Positions 53,484 to 64,000 of a stretch of DNA of 64,000 bases are shown here, in pieces. The first letter of the stretch is position 1; every line of letters starts with the position of its first letter. The notes under the pieces are model-generated. The model was given only the letters and a program-made list of their open reading frames with translations, searched no databases and had not been told where the DNA came from. The stretch comes from Octopus bimaculoides. Lineage: Eukaryota. Position numbers and translations under genes: made by a program. The stretch covers positions 957,351 to 1,021,350 of the forward strand of contig NC_068987.1 in assembly GCF_001194135.2 (NCBI RefSeq), in the 5' to 3' direction.

Positions 53484-54041
53484 CAGGGGTCGGCAAATCA
53501 GGGCAAATTACCCCAAGTGGGGGTAAAGATGAAATTCTTCTGGGGTAATGAGGTGTCATTAGACATAAGTAAAATTATACAAAAACGTGTTCCTTGTTAC
53601 GACAGAAATGCTTTCTTGAAAGATGGAGGCAGTCAAAAAGTTGCTGCTTTATGCTACAACCTAACTTTGCAAACAAGGATTTTCCACTCTAATGAACATA
53701 AAAACAAAGCAGAGTAATCTATTGGACCCCGAAGACTGAATCCAAATTACTCTGGTCTCAACTTTGATGTAATTGTAACAAATATGAGACATCATTTCTC
53801 CAATACCTGTAAGGAAAAAGTTTCTCGAAAAGCCATAAGTTTCATTATGAGGATATTAATTTATTTTGTCGCAATTATTTTATACATTTTATATTAATAA
53901 TTGTATTCTCCATATAAATAGATTCAATAAACCTTTTGAATTAAAAGAATCTATGATTTTCCCCTTTCAAAGCAAGTGGTAACGGCAGCGAAAATAAATA
54001 TATTTTGGAGTAATTGATTAAAAAATGTTCCTCGACCCCTG
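53484..54041 (+). mobile_element. Non-autonomous hAT element (Buster/Charlie-like deletion derivative), 558 bp
   Basis: TIRs caggggtcg (53484) and cgacccctg (ending 54041). The 8-bp TSD is tcttaagg/ccttaagg (7/8, central TA). Internal LLLYATT*LCKQGFSTLMNIKTKQSNLLDPED* is a hAT C-terminal dimerisation-domain relic. Confidence 0.93.
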
Positions 54042-54935
54042 CCTTAAGGAAACGACAGTCTGACTGTCAAGGGTGAGCGTCATCAGCACAGCAATTGCCC
54101 CTAGCATATTTACAGTAAACCAGAATTTATAATTTGAACTTAAATCTAAATGTCTTTACTAAACATGCTGGCAATAGAAATCTTGTTTGTGGCTATTTAG
54201 ATATGATAAACGTCGGCAAATTAGCTATCATAAATGGCAAATTCATTCTTCAAAGATATTTTCTGGAATTCTTAAAACTAGTTTTAAAACCGTATTCCTA
54301 ATTCTACCTCCCCCCCCCCGATTCTTCCTTTAAGTGGAAAATAGAACCAACTTCAATTAATAGAGAATTGGTTGCTATTTCTGGCAAATCAAGTAACTCT
54401 GTAGATACACCAGCTCCAGTTATGACGAGGCGTGTAATAATTTGGTACATTTTAGTTCTAGAGGTACCGGGGAAAGTAAGGTCGTCCTTGTCTTTTTTGT
54501 TATAGAATTATGATACCTATGGAGAGAGAGAGAGGGGGAAGAAAGAGGGGGAGAGAGAGAAAGGGGGACAGGGAGAGTGATGTAGGGAGAGATATGGAGA
54601 GAGAGAGAGAGACAGTCAGAGACAGACACACATACAGAGACAGACACACAGACAGTGACAGACAGAGACAAAGAGAGAGACGGAGAGAGAGAGAGAGAGA
54701 AGAGAAACAAAGAGAAGTAGAAGAATGAGAGACAAAGAGAGAAAGGCAAAGGAGAAAATCCAAATAAAATAGCCTCGATTTGATTTAAGGACTAGAAATG
54801 CTTCCTGCATCATTATTGAAAAACTAACGTCTTCAGGAATGACAGGAAACACAAGATGTCCCCCACCCTCCCCCGCCTCCACGGTCATTTCCTGACCTCC
54901 TCCCACACTCTCTCTTTTCCTTCCTCTCTAGGTAC

Positions 54936-54982
<47 letters not shown>

Positions 54983-55967
54983 TGTGTGTCTGTGTGTTTG
55001 TGCATCGAAGGTGATGCAAGAGACGTGAGCCTCCTTCCTGGTACTTATCAAACGAACTTCAAAATCAGGGATTTTTCCCTTTTTTACACGGTCTGAATTG
55101 TTCGCATTTTCTACTCTACCTACCTACCTACCTACCTACCTACCTACCTACCTGTCTATCTATGATATATATAGAGAGAGGCATATATAAAAGCATGTGT
55201 GTGTGTGTGTTTGTTTAAACCTCTTTATATAACTACAAGTATGTACGTGGCTAGCTACGTCTGAACTATTCTTGATTGAAAACTGTCTCCTACCAATTTA
55301 TACCTACCTGCTTATCTATTGTAGCCAACTGCACACACGTCTTCACATCACAGCATATATGTCTCTTGTCTCTGTACAGTGTATACATACACACAGACAC
55401 ACGCACGCACACACATATAAATACATACATATATATATATAAATATACACACATATATACACATGTATATGTATATATATATAAATATATATATATACAT
55501 ACATACATACAAACACACACACATACATACATACATACATACATACATGTATATATATTTTTTAACAAAGCAAAATCGAGAAATATGTTGTAATCGCTAA
55601 AAAGAAGGGAGAGTTATCGCGAAATAGAACAAATAAATATTATCAAATTCCTTTGGTATAATACGAACTGAAACTAATATTAATTGCTCGAGCACAGAGC
55701 AGCCAAAATTGTCAAAGAATCTCTAAAAAATTATATTCGCCTTACAGGGAAATATCGATAATTTAGTGACGTGTGGAATGGTGGATTTTAAGAATGGGAA
55801 TATTGTTATGATTGAGGAAGAAGATTGAAAATAGGGAAGAGTTTAATGCCGTCGGGGATAGATAAAATAGGGTCGTATTGAAGTGGAGTAATTAGCTCTA
55901 GTTGTAGTGGAGTACACACGCATACATATATAATACATGCAGCACACATACATACATACATACATTC

Positions 55968-56006
<39 letters not shown>

Positions 56007-56741
56007 NNNNNNNNNNNNNNNNNNNNNNNNNNNNNNNNNNNNNNNNNNNNNNNNNNNNNNNNNNNNNNNNNNNNNNNNNNNNNNNNNNNNNNNNNNNNNN
56101 NNNNNNNNNNNNNNNNNNNNNNNNNNNNNNNNNNNNNNNNNNNNNNNNNNNNNNNNNNNNNNNNNNNNNNNNNNNNNNNNNNNNNNNNNNNNNNNNNNNN
56201 NNNNNNNNNNNNNNNNNNNNNNNNNNNNNNNNNNNNNNNNNNNNNNNNNNNNNNNNNNNNNNNNNNNNNNNNNNNNNNNNNNNNNNNNNNNNNNNNNNNN
56301 NNNNNNNNNNNNNNNNNNNNNNNNNNNNNNNNNNNNNNNNNNNNNNNNNNNNNNNNNNNNNNNNNNNNNNNNNNNNNNNNNNNNNNNNNNNNNNNNNNNN
56401 NNNNNNNNNNNNNNNNNNNNNNNNNNNNNNNNNNNNNNNNNNNNNNNNNNNNNNNNNNNNNNNNNNNNNNNNNNNNNNNNNNNNNNNNNNNNNNNNNNNN
56501 NNNNNNNNNNNNNNNNNNNNNNNNNNNNNNNNNNNNNNNNNNNNNNNNNNNNNNNNNNNNNNNNNNNNNNNNNNNNNNNNNNNNNNNNNNNNNNNNNNNN
56601 NNNNNNNNNNNNNNNNNNNNNNNNNNNNNNNNNNNNNNNNNNNNNNNNNNNNNNNNNNNNNNNNNNNNNNNNNNNNNNNNNNNNNNNNNNNNNNNNNNNN
56701 NNNNNNNNNNNNNNNNNNNNNNATATATATATATATATATA

Positions 56742-56800
56742 TAAGTTGATGCTCTAGCATGGTCGTAGTCAAATGACTGAAACAAAAGAAAAGAATAAGT
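56742..56800 (+). mobile_element. SINE family B 3' tail
   Basis: gatgctctagcatggtcgtagtcaaatgactgaaacaaaagaaaagaataag. The rest is probably hidden in the upstream N-gap. Confidence 0.7.
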
Positions 56801-57054
56801 AAAAGACTATATGTATATATGCATATGTATATTTATGTACACGCACACACACACACACACTCACACAAACGAAAGAAAAAAGTGGTTAGCGCATGTAGTA
56901 GGAGTTATATTATTGTTGAAACAACTTGACTCGGCTCCGTGAGATCTACTTTTGCAAGCCTCTATTATCTATCTATGTATCACATATACACACACATGCA
57001 CACGCACACACAAACGCACACATACACGCATGCACACACACACACATGCACACC

Positions 57055-57097
<43 letters not shown>

Positions 57098-59333
57098 CCT
57101 GCAAGTTTACTTGTGATTGCTTAACGACATGTAACTAAAGTATTTTCCGCCTGATGAATAGCTAGCAGAGTACCCCTTGTTGAGTATTCATTCCTTCCGA
57201 TGATCTTCTGGCTAGGAAACGTATGTAACCTGGATTTTAACCGCTCCACTCCCTCACTTTCCTAGTAATCCTTGTTGTTAACCATGACCTATTAAAAAAA
57301 CTTGCAGCCAACTCGGATACGGAAGAAGCCTACAACCTCCGACGTCAATAAACTATAATTGAATTCCCAGTGGTTCGACCCATCTTTTTTCAGTCATGTG
57401 CTTAGATTAGTCGCTTTAATTGGATCCTATATTATTATTATTATATTTAAAAAAATATAATATATAATTACAGTTATTATAAAATGACTTATATGGCTGC
57501 TTTTCTCCGAAATTTAACAGCCTGTGAGATTGTTTACAAAATTTATAAATAAATAAATAAATAAATATACACATATATTAAATGTTTTCGTTAAATAAAT
57601 AAATATNNNNNNNNNNNNNNNNNNNNNNNNNNNNNNNNNNNNNNNNNNNNNNNNNNNNNNNNNNNNNNNNNNNNNNNNNNNNNNNNNNNNNNNNNNNNNN
57701 NNNNNNNNNNNNNNNNNNNNNNNNNNNNNNNNNNNNNNNNNNNNNNNNNNNNNNNNNNNNNNNNNNNNTATATATATATAAGCGAGCTTTAGGTTAATTA
57801 AAACGTCACATATATCAATTTCTAAAAGTAAATTCACTGCAGTAGGAGAAAAAAAACAATTCTCTCTTATGGTATAACGGTGTAAAAACACCATATTCGT
57901 CCAGTGCTACCCACTGTCGGATTCTCAGACATGTTCCTAGCTCTTTAGGTGTTATCAATGAGAAATACCGATGAAAAGCAACTCTGGTCAGATATAATTA
58001 AAGCCGTAGCTTTCATTAAAACACGGTCAACATCATTGACTGAATAGTGCCATTAGACCGCCAGGGCAGATACAGCAGTAACGGCAGTAAAAAGTAGGTT
58101 CGTGACATATCTCCACAGCAACTGCTGTGATTTTGCCTTTAGAAGTTGAAATATATCACAAACATATTTCAACTAATACTTCAGTATTTCGTTTACCACA
58201 GTCTATCTAGGACTAAAATGTATTCCATCTTTTCGCTAAGACACTATAAGAGAAATTTGGCTGCTATTTCAAGCAACTCTAACGATGATGTACTGAAGAA
58301 TTGCTCTACTGAAAGATGTTTTCTAAGAAAAGAAAAAAATTGTAATTCGTTCTTTAACAACACAAAAGAGAGAGTTGACATACTCATATTAACAGAGGTT
58401 ATCCACGTAATTAGCAGACAAGAACTCCCTCAAGAAGTATCTAATTTGTTTGCTAATTATATAAATAATCTCTGCTAAAAGGGGTTTTACAGCAGAGAGT
58501 ATATCATTACATGTGTGGGACCCTACGCTATGTATTTACTATGAGGATCGTCTACCGGAAATCTGCCATTCCCTCCGCCATTTTAGAGTGAAATAAAATA
58601 ATTGGAAAAGACAAAAAAAGAGTGGAATGGGGCAGGTGAGGAATGAAATAGGCCTGAGTTGCTTAGGTGTAGTAATTGTAGTGGTAGTAGAGTATAGCAA
58701 AGTGAAAAGATGGTGGAGCTGATTGGTAAACGAAAGACAGTGCGAAGCTGATTATGAGTTAGGAAGCAGGGAAGATCAATTAAGGTAAACATTTCTTATT
58801 ATGAACCGAGAAATAATTGATGAACACACCATGGTGGATTGAAAAGTAATAACTCCTTAATTACACTCTATCCCTTTCCCCACCGCACATGCACACACGC
58901 ATATATGCATACATGTACATTCACATTGTATTTTCACTCACATGCTTCACACACATATACTAAACACACTTATACTCTAACATATATATATATACATTTG
59001 TGTGCGTGCGTGTGTGTGTTTGTATATAAACACACTGCTAGACACAAACGTAAGCGTACAACCACATATTCACAAACACATACATGCATACACATACTTG
59101 TTTTTATAGCAATACACATGATCTATATATGAGTGTGCGTGTGTATGTGTGTGTGTGAACATTCATAGAGAAACACATCAAGGCAGACACACGTACACGC
59201 AAACATACACATACACACGCACACGCACATATAACCACATATATATATATATATACACCTGCATACATTCACCGGCATATGCACTGTGACATAATTACAT
59301 ACATACTTATGTACTTATGTACATATGTACGTA

Positions 59334-59391
<58 letters not shown>

Positions 59392-60196
59392 GAAACAAAA
59401 TCACATAACCACACAAATACAAAATATACAGTCGTACATGCGCGATTTTACACATGCAAACACGTATGCGCATATAAACACATGTACATACACGCGCGGA
59501 CATGCACGCACACACACACACACATACTGATTTGCCTGCATGCTCGTATACACACTTCGAACACATATAAACACAGCCACATATACTAACGTAAACACAG
59601 TTATACATACAATTGTTCTGTTCTACGCACAGTTACATGTGCTACGTTAGATATAAATACACACATACACAAACACACATACACGTATGCACACAAGTAT
59701 ACACACATACACACTAAATGGTGAGATGATCATACACCTCGCCTCTATGCACCATTTCTAATGAACGAACTAATAAGCAGTATCTTATCCGGCTAGAAAT
59801 AACAACTAAATAATTTCGAAAATATCTAAACAATTGAAAGTGCTCATAGAAAAGACCCCCCTCTGGTAAGTGTCTTGGCCCTTCACTTCTTACACTCTAA
59901 GGGATCTGGAGTGGAGTTCAGGTCACCACTCCTCGGTCATCACTCCTGACACTTTTTACTCACTTGAGTATCGGAGACTTGTGCATTTAAACCGCTGGAG
60001 AGATGTCATCTTGGAATTCCTCTTCGTCGACTCAGCTTCTAAACCGATCCTTAAAGAATAAATCACTTCGGCAGTGGTTAAGACATTCATTTCGAAGTCT
60101 CTCTGCACTAAGTCTCCTTGCACTGCATGTTGGGCACTATTTGGCTCTCATAAACGTTATCTACCTATCTATTTACATTTAAAGCTGCCTGCTTGT

Positions 60197-60234
<38 letters not shown>

Positions 60235-60699
60235 ACGTACGTACAAGTTGGATAACGGGTAGGCATTACTGGGAAGAGGCCATCTGCTTCTTGCTTATCG
60301 TTTTGGAAACTGAAGATGGTGTGAGTTTTTCCGGTCGTCCTAAAAGCTGCAATTAACAGTAAGTATGGAAAACGATCCCAATGGATCTGCTGTCATTGTT
60401 GCTGTTACGCTGATCCTCCTTTTCTTCATTTCTCGATTACTTCCACGGAGAAAGACCGCAGAAAGCCTTTGCTTTCACACTTGTAACTTCTAAGCCTTCT
60501 GACTTGTACCACTCTCCTATGCTCTTTCCTTCCAAAGTTTTAAAGTGGTACCCTTCCCATTCTGCAATCTTTCGGTGCGACCAGAACCTTTCTTTTAGCT
60601 CAGACTTCATTTGAGTAAACGTTGCTTGATATTTCAACTTTTACAGTCTGCCTGCAGTAGAAGAGTAAGAAGATGGTATTCAAAGGTCATGGTTGTTAG

Positions 60700-61100
60700 A
60701 AAGGGTCAAGATTGCTACCAGCGTCTCTGTGTCGGTCGTATTTCGTCCAGCCAGATACTGGACACCAATGTACAACACAGGTAAATGTAAAACTAACACG
60801 ACGCTTTTTCCTAATCTCCTCATCATCTTTCAAAGCTCGATTTACCATCTCAGCAATTTCTTTTTTTCTCTTTACATTTTGCGGAAATCAGTTCTCTGCT
60901 GCAGAAATATGTTTCTGCAACTTATGAAGGGTTTTATGATACGATCATGCACCACAAGGCATTTCGTCCGTCACTCTGCCGCTGCCACTCTCCACCGGTC
61001 TTGTTTTAACTTTTCACACCAGAACGAGACGTTTGTTAAGTTTTCTGTGATGTTCGGGTCGTCATTAATGAAAATGTTGTTCTAATGATACGTTTCAATC
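60700..61100 (-). mobile_element. Possible Tc1-like transposase N-terminal relic
   Basis: RPVESGSGR...EIAEMVNRALKDDEEI weakly resembles RxPGSGRP...MRxDDET. There are many stops. Confidence 0.3.
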
Positions 61101-61189
61101 AATGGGGCCTGAAGACGGAATTATGATTAAGAATTTCCTGCTAAAGGGATGTGTCATTTTGTTGGAAATGATAACGATAATGTGTGTGT

Positions 61190-61237
<48 letters not shown>

Positions 61238-61734
61238 AAGCTGATTAGCTCATTACTTGAAAATGTTAAAGTGAGTGAGATGGAGTAGAGCAGTTTGGTG
61301 GCTAATGTATGCACTCTCCACAGAAATGACTATGATGATTAATTAGAACGAGGTGAAAGGTGAAATTGATTAAGAAAGCTATATTAGAGAGGAAAAGTCT
61401 TTAAGGAAAGACAGGCAAATAATAAAAGAGACAATGACGTTGTTTACAGCACACTCACACGTTGGGTAATGGTTGATGGCTGTGGTGCCGGTGGTTGTGA
61501 TGGTGGAAGGGTGATGTTGAAGATGGTGGTGAGAGGGAAGTGATGTGGTAACGGTGAGGTTGTCGGTGGTGTTTGAGGTAATGACGTCGGTGGCAGAGTC
61601 GCGCTTGGAGTCATTCTAACAGGCTTCATTACTAGAGTGTGTAGCAGCAGTGTTGCACTTGGTACTTTAGAATGTACACAGACACATAGATACATACACA
61701 GATACATTGATATATAGATACATGCATATATACG

Positions 61735-62850
61735 TACATATCAAAACTTTTCTGGATTTGTTATATTTAAATAAAAAATAATTCAACATCACCTCCTTTG
61801 AAATAGCCACCTGGTGTACTAATACACCGGTCCCAGCGTCCTTCTCACTTTTGGAATCCAGCCTGGAAGTCGTTTTCCGTAAGCGAGTCACGGATCTTCT
61901 GCATCTTGACAACGGTGTTAAAACGGCTCTCTTTGAGATGCCTGTTCATCTTTGGGGAAGAGACGGAAGTCTGCAGGTACTAAATCTGGTGAATACGACG
62001 GTATGTTGTTTTGGGCGAGAAACCTACGGGTGAAGGGTGCTCAGTGACAGGGTGCATTGTCGTTGTGAAGAATCCAATTCTTCGCACTCCACAGATCCGC
62101 AATCAAATGCTTCCAAATATCGCAGAAGAACTCTCGATTGACGGTCTGGCCCTAGGGAACGAGTAATCGATGCACAACACCGCGGATGTCGTAATAATGA
62201 CGAGCATGCTGTTGATTCAGCTGCGGCTCTATCGTGCCATCTTCGGTCATGGGAGATGAAGGACTCTGCCATTGTGACGTGCCACCTCTCCTCACTGGTG
62301 ATGAAACTCGACATGACGGATCGGTCACCAGCAGGGCGCTGACGGTTATCTTGACAAACATGAGCGCGATGTTCCTTCTGCTCAGTGATCAGCAGGTAGG
62401 GGACAAACTTGGCACTAACATGCCACATGTTCAGTTCGGAAGTTAGGATTGCCTGCACGGACCTATACGACAGACTAATCTCAGCAATGTCGTTGATTGT
62501 CACCGAAGGACCTCATGCAAAAGCTGTTGAATTCTCCCCATATTTTCGGGGTGGGGGTGGGGTGTGACGCTCATGGCAGGTCTTCCAGGTCGAACATCGT
62601 TTTCCAAGGACGTTCTCTCGCATTTGAAGAGCTCGTGCCACTTGAAACATTGCATAGAACCCATTGCCGCATCGCCGCGAGCTAGCCAAGACATGCTCTG
62701 TGTCTGTGTAGCAGACTTCCCAAGTTTAACGTAAAATTTCACGTGGGCTCTTTGTTCTAACTTCCTCTCCATGCCAAAATCACAGATTACAGCATAAACG
62801 CGATCACAAAGACACAGGTTTCACAACTTGGGAACGATGGTGCTGGGACA
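61735..62850 (-). mobile_element. Mariner (DD34D) element, degenerate with internal deletions
   Basis: MERKLEQRAHVKFYVKLGKSA...RTSLENDVRPGRP (HTH), HVSAKFVPYLL (WVPxxL motif), FITSEERW (GDETW), WILHNDNAPCH and SYSPDLVPADFRLFP. The frames are broken and the right-hand TIR is not clear. Confidence 0.95.
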
Positions 62851-63349
62851 GTAAAGACAATAAACACAGTAGTTTTGTTGCAGGCTGTATGTAAACTAAC
62901 ATTTTTTGTATCTTCTAAAGATAGTGTTATGAGCCTGAAATATAAAAATATTAAAAAAAAATTTCTGCATTGTTGAAGCTTTCCATATTTCTCATTTCAT
63001 TTATTTTTCTACTTCTATACTACAATGCTTCAAGCGAACTACAACACTCTTCAGATATAAATTATCTTCACTGTCGTTCAAGATTTTCCGTTAGTACATG
63101 ATGGAGCGGAAAATATTGTACGGAGCATAATTCATTATACATTATATAGAATTGTTAGCTGTGACTTATTTCAACAGGGTTGACTGAATAGGATAAAGAT
63201 GAAGGATTGTTTTCATAAATATAAAATCCGTACCTTAGATTAAAACTGCAGACTCTCTAATCCTACACGAAAACATTGAAATGAATGGCATTTCCCACTC
63301 ATCTCACTAAACCCATTAGAATCCCTATGAAATAAGAATAGCAACGCAA

Positions 63350-63844
63350 CACATCTGTCGGAATGAAATCAATCGATATCCCAACACGTCCGCCATATAC
63401 CACTTACAGCCTCACATGAATCATATTTTTCGCATTTGCCGCCAAATAATACAACATCTGATTCTAACAGCACAAACACCGAAATAATCTCCTTAATCAG
63501 CAGACAACGCTCAAACACATGGCATAACAAATACAAAACACAGGCGCCTCCTAACGACCTGACCCAAAGCTATACAACACCTCGTCTGCAAAACCACCAT
63601 CTTCTGTGATAATAGGAAAACTCAAAAAAGCCCGATCCTCTCAAATAATCCTTATGCAATAACATTGTATGACAGATATTGTAAATATCTCCACAAAAAA
63701 TCTCATAACAACGCGAAACTCATTTAGCATACAACTGCAATTCTTAACATCAACACGACAATGCTGCACACATCACTAGAACCAGCGGATGCACATAGCG
63801 GTGCAATACAAACTCTCTGGGCACAGTTGGGGTCACCGTGACAG

Positions 63845-63850
<6 letters not shown>
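63350..63850 (+). mobile_element. Possible very old R4/Dong-like 3' remnant ending in (AAT)n
   Basis: Weak translations SVIIGKL (cf. PIVIGALG) and AAHITRT (cf. TAHILRK), followed directly by (AAT)n. Confidence 0.3.
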
Positions 63851-63995
<145 letters not shown>

Positions 63996-64000
63996 AAGTA

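Larger units (their letters stand above)
2371..57768. other. 14 assembly gaps (N runs, about 5 kb in total)
   Basis: 2371-3185, 10326-10737, 21806-21973, 23199-23528, 24487-24981, 29365-29586, 30746-30982, 31476-32383, 37830-37979, 43339-43647, 47092-47157, 49687-49750, 56007-56722 and 57607-57768. All but 21806-21973 abut (TA)n. Confidence 0.99.

Noticed and set aside
57148-57235. CTGATGA...GAAA long hammerhead
   Set aside because: Stem I does not pair and the core-closing pair of stem II is a mismatch.
524-59608. Most ORFs in the supplied track (poly-YI, HT, CV, LS, poly-I/L/D and X-rich)
   Set aside because: They are translations of microsatellites or read-through of N-gaps.
62547-62563. 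G-quadruplex ggggtgggggtgggg
   Set aside because: It has only three G-runs and lies inside the mariner relic.

Overview
This is eukaryotic, AT-rich, very microsatellite-dense DNA from a draft assembly. It has 14 N-gaps totalling about 5 kb, and 13 of them abut a (TA)n tract. The SINE families and the repeat landscape look like an octopus (coleoid cephalopod) genome, which is an inference from recalled repeat sequences and not a database match. I cannot identify a host protein-coding gene, rRNA, true tRNA or CRISPR array. Almost every ORF in the supplied track comes from microsatellites, N-gaps or mobile-element relics. What the sequence supports: many copies of two tRNA-derived SINE families; two mariner (DD34D) relics; a non-autonomous hAT (Buster/Charlie-like) element with TIRs and an 8-bp TSD; CR1/L2- and RTE-like LINE fragments; three clear R4/Dong-like 3' ends, each sitting in (TAA)n; and a Penelope-like repeat carrying a degenerate minimal hammerhead ribozyme. 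A few weak candidate exons are listed. I found no convincing new biological system. The best leads are the ribozyme-like motifs, the TAA-targeted retroelements, inverted SINE pairs as possible ADAR substrates, and the candidate exons.
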